56,574 nt of DNA from a virus (Duplodnaviria; Caudoviricetes), in the IMG/VR virus record IMGVR_UViG_3300020151_001596, positions 1 to 56,574 of that record, one strand, 5' to 3'. Position numbers and translations under genes: made by a program. Below the pieces are notes generated by a model that worked only from the letters and a program-made list of their open reading frames with translations, did not search any database and had not been told where the DNA came from. Of this stretch, positions 29,999 through 40,051 are shown one piece after another; position 1 is the first letter of the stretch; every line of letters starts with the position of its first letter.

Positions 29999-31150
29999 AT
30001 GGCAAACATTCCTATTTGGACCGGTACTAGTACTTTCTTCCCTGGAGATACACCTTTTGGATTTTATGATAATGATTTCCAATTTCAACAGGATGCAGAT
30101 AAAGTAGCTAGATTTTGTGCTCAACGTTTGGGTTACCCTTTAGTTGAAGTTGAACTTCAATCCGGATCGTTTTATACTGCATTTGAAGAAGCAGTAACTG
30201 TTTATGGAAACGAATTATATGCTTTTCAAGCACGAGATAATTACTTGTCTTTAGAAGGAGCATCTACCGGTTCAAATCTTAATCAATCTTTAGTTAATCC
30301 TGGTATGGCTTCTATTATTAGAATGTCACAACAATACGCTTCTGAAGCAGGTACTGGTGGTCAAATTGATTGGTACAGTGGTTCAGTTAATTTATCTTCA
30401 AGTGTTCAAGATTATGATTTAAAACAATGGGCTATTGATAATAATGTTACTGGTGGAATTGAAATTAAAAAAATATTTTATGAAAACAAACCAGCAATTT
30501 CTCAATTATATAGTCCTTGGGCTGGTTTAGCTCCGGGTGCTATGAGTGCTGTTGGTTTAACCGGTTTAGCTGGATTCGGCCCCGCAACTAATTTCTTATT
30601 AATGCCTTTAAGTTATGATGTAGCTAATATGCAAGCTATTGAATTAAATAATGACATTAGAATATCTAATTACACTTTTCAATTATCAAATAATAAACTA
30701 AGAATATTTCCTATTCCTGGAGCTGATGATGAAGGAATAAAATTATGGTTTAACTATATTAAAATAGATGATAGAAATAATGCCGCTGTAACCTCAGCCC
30801 CTGGTGTTATTAATAATTTATCTAAAATGCCTTATAGTAATCCAAGATATGCCCAAATCAATTCAGTAGGTAGAAGTTGGATTTTTGAATATGCTTTAGC
30901 ATTATGTAAAGAAATGTTAGGATATATTAGAGGTAAATACACTACAGTCCCAATTCCAGGAGCTGAAGTAACATTAAACCAAAGTGATTTAATAGCCGCA
31001 GCATCATCAGAAAAAGAAGCACTTATTACAAGATTAAGAGAGTATTTAGATTCAACATCACGTCAAGCATTACTTGAAAGAAAAGCAGCAGAGTCAATAG
31101 CTCGTAATACTGAAATACTACAAGTTCCAATGACAATTTATATAGGTTAA
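29999..31150 (+). CDS. Neck/head-tail adaptor protein (T4 gp13-like)
   Basis: RLGYPLVEVEL, WIFEYALALCKEMLGYIRGKY, IPGAEVTLN, PMTIYIG; ATATTTATA at 29977. Confidence 0.8.
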   Translation: MANIPIWTGTSTFFPGDTPFGFYDNDFQFQQDADKVARFCAQRLGYPLVEVELQSGSFYTAFEEAVTVYGNELYAFQARDNYLSLEGASTGSNLNQSLVNPGMASIIRMSQQYASEAGTGGQIDWYSGSVNLSSSVQDYDLKQWAIDNNVTGGIEIKKIFYENKPAISQLYSPWAGLAPGAMSAVGLTGLAGFGPATNFLLMPLSYDVANMQAIELNNDIRISNYTFQLSNNKLRIFPIPGADDEGIKLWFNYIKIDDRNNAAVTSAPGVINNLSKMPYSNPRYAQINSVGRSWIFEYALALCKEMLGYIRGKYTTVPIPGAEVTLNQSDLIAAASSEKEALITRLREYLDSTSRQALLERKAAESIARNTEILQVPMTIYIG

Positions 31151-31151
31151 T

Positions 31152-31673
31152 ATGGCTTTATTTGGTAGTAGTCGTGATGTAAGTTTATTTAGAAATATTA
31201 ACCGTGAGTTGATGGCGGATATTATCTCCCAAGAGGTAGTGTTTTATAAATGTAATATAGCGGAAACTAAAGTAAATATGTATGGTGAGGCATCAAAAGG
31301 AAGAGCATTTGAACCTCCTATTTTATTAAATGCTTTAGTTGAAAGAAATGACCAAACATCACCAATTCAAGATGATGAAGTTGGTTTCGCTTGGCCTATT
31401 ACTTATAGATTTTTAAGAGATGATTTAGTTGATGCTAATATTGTTCCTGAAGTTGGAGATTTTATAATGTATAGAGAAGGTTATTGGGAAATAGATAATA
31501 CAAATGCTAACCAATATTTTGTAGGTAAAGATCCTCAATATCCTTACTATGATGATAAAGGTAATAACCCCTTAAATCCAGGATTAGATGAATTTGGTTA
31601 CAACATTTCAATTATTTGTACTGCTCACTATGTTCCTGCAGACAGATTAAATATAATTAAACAACGATTATAA
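31152..31673 (+). CDS. Head completion/neck protein (gp14-like)
   Basis: Follows the gp13-like gene; NMYGE and PEVGDFI....YWEID motifs. Confidence 0.6.
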   Translation: MALFGSSRDVSLFRNINRELMADIISQEVVFYKCNIAETKVNMYGEASKGRAFEPPILLNALVERNDQTSPIQDDEVGFAWPITYRFLRDDLVDANIVPEVGDFIMYREGYWEIDNTNANQYFVGKDPQYPYYDDKGNNPLNPGLDEFGYNISIICTAHYVPADRLNIIKQRL

Positions 31674-32923
31674 TGCCTAACAACAGAAAACCCATACCAA
31701 AAACACAAAGGGAAATAAGCATATCTCAACAAACTGCTTATAATACTACTCAAGGTAATCCTAATAGTGCTGTACCTGATCCAAAAAATAGGTCACTACA
31801 ACAATCATGGAAAGGAGATACTGTAAAACCATTTAGTGTTGGTATTCAAGATATTGATGAGGCTGTTTTTTATTATTTAGAAAATGTAGTTAAACCTACA
31901 GCAATACACAATGGTGAATCAATTCCTGTTCCTGTATTATATGGTTCTCCTGAAAAATGGAAATCATATCAAAAAGATGGATATTTAAGAGATTTAAAAG
32001 GTAGCTTAATGGCTCCTTTAATTATATTTAAACGTAACAACATTGAAAAAGTTAAAACTGTAGCTAATAAATTAGATGCAAATAACCCTAGTAATTATGG
32101 AATATTTCAAAAACGTTACAGTACAAGAAATGCTTATAGTACTTTTGATGTATTAAATAGTAAAATACCAGAAAAACAATACTATGCTGTAGTTGTTCCT
32201 GATTATATAACTGTAACTTATCAATTTGTAATATTTACTTATTATGTAGAACAATTAAATAAGATAGTAGAAGCAATGGAATACGCTTCTGATGCTTATT
32301 GGGGTAATCCTGAACGTTTTAAATTTCAAGCTAAAATTAAATCTTTTGGATTTCAAACAGAACTAAATGAAAATGCTGAAAGAATAGTTAGAAGTACTTT
32401 TGATGTTGTTTTACATGGTTATATTGTACCTGATATACAACAAAAAGATATAAATGCTATTTCTAAATTTAATAATAAAACAAAAACAACTATATTCTTT
32501 GAATTAGTAGAATCATCAACCCCAACAGATATGTCAAGATTTACATCAACAAGGACCCCAAGTGCGGCCTTTATAGATTCTAATATTGTAGTAGGTACAG
32601 GAACAAGCAGTGGAGGAGGTAGTGTAGATCCAGCTATATTTACTTATTTAGCATCTAACTTCCAAAAAACTGGAGTAGTACAAAATACAACAACTGTTAC
32701 TTTTAGTGTTGGTTGGGCTGTAGCACCATCTGGTTTACCCTCTCCTGATGTAAATAGTTTTACATTTTTCTGTAATGGTAGTTTAATCGAAAAATCAGCA
32801 ATAACTTCATTTACTCAAGCTGCAGGTGTTTCTACATTAGTTGTAAATACTACATCTTTAGGATATACTTTAGCAGTAGGTGATGAAATTGTAGGTATAG
32901 GTAAATTTGAATCTGGAGACTAA
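31673..32923 (+). CDS. Tail terminator/completion protein (gp15-like) with C-terminal beta extension
   Basis: VPVLYGSPEKW, PLI, PDY..V.Y, EQLNKIVE; ~120 aa beta-rich tail after a Gly/Ser linker. Confidence 0.6.
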   Translation: MPNNRKPIPKTQREISISQQTAYNTTQGNPNSAVPDPKNRSLQQSWKGDTVKPFSVGIQDIDEAVFYYLENVVKPTAIHNGESIPVPVLYGSPEKWKSYQKDGYLRDLKGSLMAPLIIFKRNNIEKVKTVANKLDANNPSNYGIFQKRYSTRNAYSTFDVLNSKIPEKQYYAVVVPDYITVTYQFVIFTYYVEQLNKIVEAMEYASDAYWGNPERFKFQAKIKSFGFQTELNENAERIVRSTFDVVLHGYIVPDIQQKDINAISKFNNKTKTTIFFELVESSTPTDMSRFTSTRTPSAAFIDSNIVVGTGTSSGGGSVDPAIFTYLASNFQKTGVVQNTTTVTFSVGWAVAPSGLPSPDVNSFTFFCNGSLIEKSAITSFTQAAGVSTLVVNTTSLGYTLAVGDEIVGIGKFESGD

Positions 32924-33702
32924 TGGCAACAATTAATAGTAAACAATTTTTAGCCCCTCAATCATTAACTGGTTCTCTTACAGGATCAATAACGGGAGAA
33001 ATTACAGGATCAGCTACAGGTTCATTTAGTGGATCTTTTATAGGTAATGGTTCAGGATTAACTAATATTCCTGGTTCTTCAGTAATTGGTATTAGTTCAA
33101 ATAGATTAACAACAGGTTCAGTTACTGCTTCTGTTAACATAGGATTATTTAATACTTTTAGAATAATAAATGATAATGGTATTTTATTTAATGTTGGATC
33201 TTTTGGTAACGTAGGTATATTAACAACAGCCTCATTCTATACATTAGAGGTTTCAGGTTCAGGCAGATTCACAAATGGTGTAAATATTACTGGCTCTGTA
33301 CAAGTATCAGGTTCATTTTCAGCTACTGCAGGTCAATTTACAGGATCATTTGGTATATCAGGTTCAACAAATATTAAATCCTCAGGTTCATCTATATTTT
33401 CAATAGATGGAGTAACAGGAAGATTATTCCAAGTAGATGATGGTACTACAGGTTCATTATTCTCAGTTAATAATGCTTCTGGTTTACCTATTATAAATGC
33501 TACCTCAGATTATATTATTACTATGGGTAGATTTAATAATCCAGGTTTAACAGTTTCAGGTTCAACAATTTATACTCCAACATCATCAACTGCTCCTGTC
33601 CATACAGGTAAAGAGGGTGAATTTAGATTTGTTCGTACAGGTAGTGCTTATTTAATATATGCCTGGGTAGGTGGTGCTTGGAGATCAGGTTCATTAGTTT
33701 AA
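32923..33702 (+). CDS. Ser/Gly-rich fibre protein
   Basis: TGS repeats, GNGSGLTNI, GRLFQV.D..TGSLFSVN..SGLP; C-terminus shared with 27588. Confidence 0.65.
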   Translation: MATINSKQFLAPQSLTGSLTGSITGEITGSATGSFSGSFIGNGSGLTNIPGSSVIGISSNRLTTGSVTASVNIGLFNTFRIINDNGILFNVGSFGNVGILTTASFYTLEVSGSGRFTNGVNITGSVQVSGSFSATAGQFTGSFGISGSTNIKSSGSSIFSIDGVTGRLFQVDDGTTGSLFSVNNASGLPIINATSDYIITMGRFNNPGLTVSGSTIYTPTSSTAPVHTGKEGEFRFVRTGSAYLIYAWVGGAWRSGSLV

Positions 33703-33706
33703 AATT

Positions 33707-34357
33707 ATGGCTTTTACAATAGGTCCTCCATCAATTATAGGTAGTAATTTATTACTTTATTGGGATGCTTCTAATCCTAACTCATATCCAGGAACGGGTA
33801 CTACAATTTATGATCTATCAGGAAATAATAATAATGGAACATTAGTAAATGGAGTATCATATAATTCATCAAATGGTGGTGTATTAGTATTTGATGGAAA
33901 TGATGATTATGTTTTTAGTAATACTCCTAATTTAGCATCTAGTAATTATACTGTAATGGGTGCTGCTAGATATAGTGGTGGTACTAGAGGTAGAATAATT
34001 AACGCTACATCGAATAACTGGTTAATGGGTCATTGGAGTAATTCTACTGAAAATTATTATGCTGAAGGATGGGTATCATCAGTTCAAGCAGGTACTAGTG
34101 ACACTAACTGGAGAATACATGCAAGTAATGGAAACATCTCAGGTGATAGTTATGGATTTTATGTAAACAATAATTTTGTAGTTCAAAACGGTGGTGGTTC
34201 TGCTGGTCCTAATGGTATTACTGTGGGAAGATATGCACCAGGGAATTCAGAATATAGTACAGCTCAATTTAGTTTTTTATTAGTATATGATAGAATACTT
34301 ACAACTACAGAAATGACTCAAATATTTAACTCAAACAGAGGGAGGTTTGGAATATAA
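33707..34357 (+). CDS. LamG/concanavalin A-like lectin domain protein 1
   Basis: L..DA....SYPGTGT...DLSG..NNGTL.NG, FDG.DD, YDR.LT..E..Q.F...RGRFG. Confidence 0.75.
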   Translation: MAFTIGPPSIIGSNLLLYWDASNPNSYPGTGTTIYDLSGNNNNGTLVNGVSYNSSNGGVLVFDGNDDYVFSNTPNLASSNYTVMGAARYSGGTRGRIINATSNNWLMGHWSNSTENYYAEGWVSSVQAGTSDTNWRIHASNGNISGDSYGFYVNNNFVVQNGGGSAGPNGITVGRYAPGNSEYSTAQFSFLLVYDRILTTTEMTQIFNSNRGRFGI

Positions 34358-34360
34358 ATT

Positions 34361-35044
34361 ATGGGACGAATAACAGGAGGAGTTAACATCGGTAGTATAC
34401 CTGGATTAATAACTTATCTTAATGCTGAAGTATTTACTAGCGGAAGCACAAATTGGGATAATTTACTTAACCCTGGAATAAGTACAGGATCATTAGTAAA
34501 TGGACCTACATATACTTCTGGACCTATAGCATCTATTAATTTTGATGGAATTAATGACCATGCAAATATAAACTTACCTAATGCGGGAACATATTCAACT
34601 ATTTCAATTGAAGGATGGATTAGGTGGAATAGCGGAACAGGTATGTTTTTAGGAATGGATGGTTATGATGTATGGACTAATAGTGGTTGTTTAGGATATA
34701 ATAATGGACAAAGTAATGTTGTTGGTATAGATGCAGCCACAGTAAATAGTTTAGGATTAATAGGAAATTGGAAACATTATGTTTTTGTAATAAATTCTAG
34801 TGGATTATTATCACAAAATAAAATATATATTAATAGTATTTCATATACATTAACTCCTGTAGTAGCGGCTGATGGAAACTGTCTTGGAATTTCTACCAAT
34901 TTAAGATTATGTGAGTGGAATAATACAGTTGGTAACTATGCTGGTAATTTATCTTATTCAACCTGTTTAATATATAATAGAGAATTAACTCAAGGAGAAA
35001 TAACAAATAATTTTAACGGTCAAAAATCAATATACGGTCTATAA
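34361..35044 (+). CDS. LamG/concanavalin A-like lectin domain protein 2
   Basis: FDGINDH, SIEGWI, WKHYVF, IYNRELT..EI..NF. Confidence 0.75.
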   Translation: MGRITGGVNIGSIPGLITYLNAEVFTSGSTNWDNLLNPGISTGSLVNGPTYTSGPIASINFDGINDHANINLPNAGTYSTISIEGWIRWNSGTGMFLGMDGYDVWTNSGCLGYNNGQSNVVGIDAATVNSLGLIGNWKHYVFVINSSGLLSQNKIYINSISYTLTPVVAADGNCLGISTNLRLCEWNNTVGNYAGNLSYSTCLIYNRELTQGEITNNFNGQKSIYGL

Positions 35045-35730
35045 TGCCAGCACAATTCGCAAACCCACAAATAGTAACAAACGGACTAATATTTGATTTA
35101 GATGCCGCTGATAAAACATCATATGCTGGTTCAGGAAATACATGGTATGATGTTGCTGGATTTAATAATGGATATGCAGTCAATTTACCCTCTTATTCAA
35201 CTGAAAATGGTGGTTATTTTAACTTTACTACAATTTCTCAATCATTTGATTGTGGCTCAGGTTCAGCAGTAAATATAACTAATAATATTACTTTAGATTC
35301 TTGGGTTTATGTAAATTCATATGTTTTATATGGTGGTATTATTGTGTTTGGATCTAGATTAGGAGAACAATATTCATTAAATACTTATTCCGGAGGTAGA
35401 TTTTTTATAGGTACTAACTGGCCTACAAACTGGCAACAAGGATTTAGTACTATTTTAAATACTAACACTTGGTATAATATAACTGCTACATTTGCTTCTG
35501 GTAACTGGGCGATACATGTTAATGGAGTCCAAAATAGCTCCGGAACTTTTAGTGTCTCTTCATTGTCACCTTATGCTAATTCGTGGTTAGTTATAGGAGA
35601 TAACCAACCCGGAACCAGTGAATGGTTTAATGGTAGAATAGCTAATGTAAAAATATACAATAGAGTTCTTACATCGTTAGAAATTCAACAAAATTATAAT
35701 ACTTTAAAATCAAGGTTTGGTTTATCTTAA
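35044..35730 (+). CDS. LamG/concanavalin A-like lectin domain protein 3
   Basis: IVTNGLIFDLDAA...SY.GSG..W.D, WYNIT.T, FNGRIANVKIYNRVLT..EIQQNY...KSRFGL. Confidence 0.8.
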   Translation: MPAQFANPQIVTNGLIFDLDAADKTSYAGSGNTWYDVAGFNNGYAVNLPSYSTENGGYFNFTTISQSFDCGSGSAVNITNNITLDSWVYVNSYVLYGGIIVFGSRLGEQYSLNTYSGGRFFIGTNWPTNWQQGFSTILNTNTWYNITATFASGNWAIHVNGVQNSSGTFSVSSLSPYANSWLVIGDNQPGTSEWFNGRIANVKIYNRVLTSLEIQQNYNTLKSRFGLS

Positions 35731-35748
35731 TATTTATGATAAACATTT

Positions 35749-36876
35749 ATGGCTGACAATAATAAACTATCAAAACCAGGTTTAATACCATTAAAGGTAG
35801 AAAACCAAGGTAGTTTAATTACAACCCAAGTTAATAAAATTAATTTTACAGGTTCTGGAGTAACAGCATCTGTCGGCCAATTTAATGATTTAACAATATT
35901 AATTACAGGTGGTGGAGGTTCAGGTGTTAGTTCATCATATGCCTTGTCTGCCTCATATGCTCAAACAGCATCTTATTTTTCAGGTAGTATAAGTAATGCA
36001 ATATCAGCATCTTATTCATTGTCTTCATCCAATGCCTTAACAGCATCATATTGGAGTGGAAGTATATTAAACGCTGTAAGTGCCTCATATGCCTTAACTG
36101 CTTCTTATTGGAGTGGAAGTATATTAAATGCTATAAGTTCATCTTATGCTTTAAGTTCATCTAATGCATTAACCGCTTCGTATGCATTAAATGCTTCATC
36201 CTTTCCTTACTCAGGATCAGCTCAAATAACAGGTTCATTAGGTGTTACAGGATCAATTACCGCAACCTCATTTACTGGGTCATTATTAGGCACAGGTTCT
36301 TGGGCTGTATCATCATCCCAATCAATCACATCTTCGTTTGCTATAAACGCTAATAGTGCATCATATGCGTTAAGTAGTTCGTTTGCTATTACCTCATCTT
36401 ACGCTAGAACAGCATCTTATGTAAACCCATTAACTCAATCTTTACTAGTTTCAGGTTCAACTACAATTACAGGATCAACAAATATTAGTGGTGCTTTTAA
36501 TTTAATGGGAGATATTAATGCTTCTTCAACTACAATAATATTAAACTCTCCCTCTATAGCATTACCTGGATTAGCATTCCCTTATACACCTAGTCCAACA
36601 GTAAAAACAGTTTTATTTGATACTTTAAATAATGTTCTATTTGTTACATCATCATTACCTGGTGGAGGTGGGGGAAATGCAACTTATATATCAACAGGTT
36701 CAATAACAGCATCTGTTAACGTAACAGATCTTTTTTTAATCCAATCATCATCTCGTGAATTACTTAAATTTAATAATCAAGGAGTAATGGTAATGGAAGC
36801 TTACTACACTACTCCGACGGCTATAACAGGAGGATTTATATATTCGGCTTCTGGTGATTTTTTTGTAGGATTATAA
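35749..36876 (+). CDS. Fibre protein with ASYA/SAS repeats
   Basis: INFTGSGVTAS, many A.SASYA repeats, FPYSGSAQITGS. Confidence 0.65.
   Translation: MADNNKLSKPGLIPLKVENQGSLITTQVNKINFTGSGVTASVGQFNDLTILITGGGGSGVSSSYALSASYAQTASYFSGSISNAISASYSLSSSNALTASYWSGSILNAVSASYALTASYWSGSILNAISSSYALSSSNALTASYALNASSFPYSGSAQITGSLGVTGSITATSFTGSLLGTGSWAVSSSQSITSSFAINANSASYALSSSFAITSSYARTASYVNPLTQSLLVSGSTTITGSTNISGAFNLMGDINASSTTIILNSPSIALPGLAFPYTPSPTVKTVLFDTLNNVLFVTSSLPGGGGGNATYISTGSITASVNVTDLFLIQSSSRELLKFNNQGVMVMEAYYTTPTAITGGFIYSASGDFFVGL
36032..36148 (+). repeat. In-frame 57-bp tandem duplication
   Basis: ATGCCTTAAC at 36032 and 36089; TATTGGAGTGGAAGTATATTAAA repeated; encodes ALTASYWSGSILNA twice. Confidence 0.85.
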
Positions 36877-36906
36877 TATGTATAACAAACAAATAAATAA
36901 AATATA

Positions 36907-38307
36907 ATGGCAAGTTGGAAAAAAGTCATAGTCTCAGGCAGTGACGCAATATTAAACTCATCAACAGTTAGTACAAATCAAGTAATCACCGCATTACAAT
37001 CAACAACAAAACTATCAGGTTCATTTACTGGTTCATTTGTTGGAGATGGTACGGGTATTACTGGTATTACAGCAACAGGTTTGAATATCCCAGGAACAGT
37101 AACAGAAATTACAAACCAACCCTTTGTAGTATCAGGTTCCGCAGCACTTCAAAAGATTACATTAGCTGATATTACCTCTCAAATTACTGGTTCTGGTTTA
37201 ACTAAAGCAAGTGGTACAGGTAATACAATTATGTTGAATACTTCTTCAGCACATTTTATTACTGGTTCTAGAACTTTACTTTTCGCTTCTGCTTATTTAG
37301 GATATAATAACTCAACAGGTATATTTACTTTTGATAGTGGATCATACGGTACTTTTGCCGCTGGTGCTGGTTTAGCATCAACAAATGGTGTTTTAGCGGT
37401 TAATGCTGGTAATGGTATATCAGTTACTGCTCCAACATCGGATGCAGTAAATTTAGATACAGGTTCAACACATTTCATAGCAGGGGTAGACAATGAAGTA
37501 TTTAAATCCGCTAATTTCGTAGATAGTACTTATATTGATTTTACAGTAACAGCAGGTACATCAGTTACCGCTGTAATTAATTCTAGTAGTATTCAAAATG
37601 GTCACTTAGCAAATAGTGCTATTACCGTAGGTACAACAGGTATTTCTTTAGGAGGTACTGCAACCACAATAGCTGGTATTTCAAGTTTATCAGCAACCAA
37701 CATTACTGGTTCCAACATTTCAGCTTCTGCTACATTAACAGGTACTACAGTATCATCAGCAACAACAGTAACTGCAGGTACTAACTTAATATCAACCGCA
37801 GGTAACGTTACAGCAGCATCAGGATATGTTAGAGCAGGTTCACCAGCAGGTGCTCCTGGTACTCCAGGAGCTGTTGAAGGTGTACTTGGTTACTTTACTT
37901 CAGCAACTGTTGGTACTTTAGGAGTAACAGGTAATGCTACTGTTTCTGGTGATTTAATAGTAAACGGTACTGCCTCATTTATTAATAGTACTAACTTATA
38001 TGTTAAAGACCAATTTATATTATTAAACAGTGGTTCAACAACTTTACAAGATTCTGGTCTTGTAATGGCTTATAGTGCCTCAGGTGTTGGTTCAGCGTTT
38101 TATTTAGATGCCGTTGGTTCTTATGGAAGATTTGGTATTGCATATAATGTATCAGGAACTGCTACAACAGCTACAACAGATTCTTATGTAGTATCAGTTT
38201 CAAGTTCAACAGGTGCTCCTGGTGGAACACCAATATGGGGAGCTGCTGCCGGATATGGTAACATGTATGTTAACTCTTCTGACGAATCAATTTGGATTTA
38301 TTCTTAA
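36907..38307 (+). CDS. Fibre/appendage protein (MASWKKVIVSGS type)
   Basis: SGSFTGSF.GDG, GDL.V.GT...INSTNL.VKD.FILLNSGS; ATATGTATA at 36876. Confidence 0.65.
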   Translation: MASWKKVIVSGSDAILNSSTVSTNQVITALQSTTKLSGSFTGSFVGDGTGITGITATGLNIPGTVTEITNQPFVVSGSAALQKITLADITSQITGSGLTKASGTGNTIMLNTSSAHFITGSRTLLFASAYLGYNNSTGIFTFDSGSYGTFAAGAGLASTNGVLAVNAGNGISVTAPTSDAVNLDTGSTHFIAGVDNEVFKSANFVDSTYIDFTVTAGTSVTAVINSSSIQNGHLANSAITVGTTGISLGGTATTIAGISSLSATNITGSNISASATLTGTTVSSATTVTAGTNLISTAGNVTAASGYVRAGSPAGAPGTPGAVEGVLGYFTSATVGTLGVTGNATVSGDLIVNGTASFINSTNLYVKDQFILLNSGSTTLQDSGLVMAYSASGVGSAFYLDAVGSYGRFGIAYNVSGTATTATTDSYVVSVSSSTGAPGGTPIWGAAAGYGNMYVNSSDESIWIYS

Positions 38308-38318
38308 TACTTTAACAT

Positions 38319-38522
38319 ATGGGTTTTTTTAGTTCTAATTCAGTTCCACCAAATAATGTTGAACCAATACAGGTTAATATGAATGTTAATAATTTAACTA
38401 AAGAAGAGATTGCTTTGTTGATTAATTTGATAAAGCAATCTACCTTTCAAGGAGAGAATATTGAATCTCTCTATAATTTAGTTTTGAAATTGCAAAACCA
38501 GTATTTATCTTTGGATAAATAA
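38319..38522 (+). CDS. Small helical protein, possible fibre assembly chaperone
   Basis: 67 aa, LTKEEI.LL..LIK.S.F.G; resembles the next ORF. Confidence 0.5.
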   Translation: MGFFSSNSVPPNNVEPIQVNMNVNNLTKEEIALLINLIKQSTFQGENIESLYNLVLKLQNQYLSLDK

Positions 38523-38524
38523 TT

Positions 38525-38782
38525 ATGGAATATCCAATAGAACTTACTCTTGATGAAATCACTATAATTCTACAATCTGTAGATGTGGTTTCTATTACCG
38601 GTAGAAATGCTAGATTAGTATCTGCTTTACAAAACAAATTAGATGAAGCGGCCTTTCAAATCCAAATGAATATGCAAATGCAAGAACAAGAGCGTATTCA
38701 AGCAGAACAGGAACGCCAACGTCAACTTGAACTTCTTATTTCAAAAGAAGCAAAGAAAACAAGTAAGACACCTTCTAACTAA
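38525..38782 (+). CDS. Small helical protein, possible fibre assembly chaperone
   Basis: 85 aa, LTLDEI.II......I.G...KL with a Q/E-rich tail. Confidence 0.5.
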   Translation: MEYPIELTLDEITIILQSVDVVSITGRNARLVSALQNKLDEAAFQIQMNMQMQEQERIQAEQERQRQLELLISKEAKKTSKTPSN

Positions 38783-38795
38783 TATGTATTATTGA

Positions 38796-38850
38796 TATTA
38801 TTGGCCCGAAAGGGAAGTGGGCTAGGCAATCCTAGTAACCAACCATAATA
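38796..38850 (+). ncRNA. Candidate structured cis-regulatory RNA (multi-stem junction)
   Basis: CCC-GAAA-GGG hairpin and CTAGG-CAAT-CCTAG hairpin, enclosed by TATTATTGG/CCATAATA; a GC-rich island in an AT-rich spacer. Confidence 0.5.
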
Positions 38851-38856
38851 ATTTTT

Positions 38857-39666
38857 ATGCCAAACTGGAAGAAACTAATATACTCAGGTTCTGCTGCCGT
38901 TTTATCTAACGTAACAGCCTCATCCTATACAGGATCGTTTACAGGTTCATTTTCAGGAACCTTTACATCAGCATCTTTTGCATCCACCGCTTCAATCACC
39001 CTTAATACAGTAACCGGCACTAACTCAACAAACTTAGTATATGGTAACATGGCTGACAATGATCAGTTTCGTATTAGAATAGGAGGCACAGCTACGAATG
39101 GAGGTTTTGTAGAAATAGCAACAGCAGATGATGGTACTGAACCAATACACGTTAGACAGTATACTGGAGTATTTACTTCATTAACAAGGACAGCAACTTT
39201 ACTAGACGGATCAGGAAACACTTCATTCCCAGGAGGAGTTACAGCGACTACATTTACAGGATCATTACTTGGTACAGGTTCATGGGCCGTATCATCATCT
39301 AGAGCAATAACTGCTTCATTTGCTGTATCATCAGTATCTGCTTCTTATGCACCAACAAATCAATTATCTATTAATAACCAAGGAACAAATTATACTTTAG
39401 TATCATCTGATGCTGATAAATTAGTTGAAATGAATGTTGGTAGTCCTAATACTCTTACAGTACCGGATAATGCTTCTGCTCCTATGGTTATTGGAACTCA
39501 AATTATGGTAGTACAACAAAATACAGGTCCTACTACTATAGCACCAGCAGGAGGTGTTACTTTAAATAATGCTGGTGGATTATTAAATTTAGCTAATCAA
39601 TATTCTGCTGCTACTTTAGTAAAACGAGGTGTTGATGAATGGTATGTATTTGGAGATTTAGCATAA
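38857..39666 (+). CDS. Tail fibre-like protein (MPNWKK type)
   Basis: N-terminus paralogous to 36907; TGSF repeats; C-terminal YTLVSSD...LTVP...GTQI...GVTLN...QYS.ATLVK...W.V.GDLA domain. Confidence 0.65.
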   Translation: MPNWKKLIYSGSAAVLSNVTASSYTGSFTGSFSGTFTSASFASTASITLNTVTGTNSTNLVYGNMADNDQFRIRIGGTATNGGFVEIATADDGTEPIHVRQYTGVFTSLTRTATLLDGSGNTSFPGGVTATTFTGSLLGTGSWAVSSSRAITASFAVSSVSASYAPTNQLSINNQGTNYTLVSSDADKLVEMNVGSPNTLTVPDNASAPMVIGTQIMVVQQNTGPTTIAPAGGVTLNNAGGLLNLANQYSAATLVKRGVDEWYVFGDLA

Positions 39667-39667
39667 T

Positions 39668-40012
39668 ATGTTTTCAAGAGCATTTATAGGTATTATAGCA
39701 TCATCTAGAGGAGGAGGAGTAGTTTTAACTCAATCTATTATCTATGATGACCCTAATTACTATCCTGCAGGTTCAGGTCCTGATGCTTGTAATCCAATGC
39801 CTTTACCTCCACCAAACCCACCACCAATGCCTATGCCTATTGATATGTGGTACTCAGGTACAGGAGGTGTTGGGGACTTTATTTATTATGACGCAGCAGG
39901 AACCATTCCAGTTAACGGGTTTTTTGGATGGTGGAAAACAGACATAACAGGTCCTCCTCTTTCAGTACAATTAAGTTTTACTGGAGAAATCATATCAACT
40001 TATTCATGTTAA
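39668..40012 (+). CDS. Small Pro/Gly-rich protein, possible fibre-tip adhesin
   Basis: IGIIASS N-terminus, PMPLPPPNPPPMPMP insert, two Cys including a terminal Cys. Confidence 0.5.
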   Translation: MFSRAFIGIIASSRGGGVVLTQSIIYDDPNYYPAGSGPDACNPMPLPPPNPPPMPMPIDMWYSGTGGVGDFIYYDAAGTIPVNGFFGWWKTDITGPPLSVQLSFTGEIISTYSC

Positions 40013-40051
40013 TTTGGAATTTTAATAATTAATTAATATATTTATAATCAT

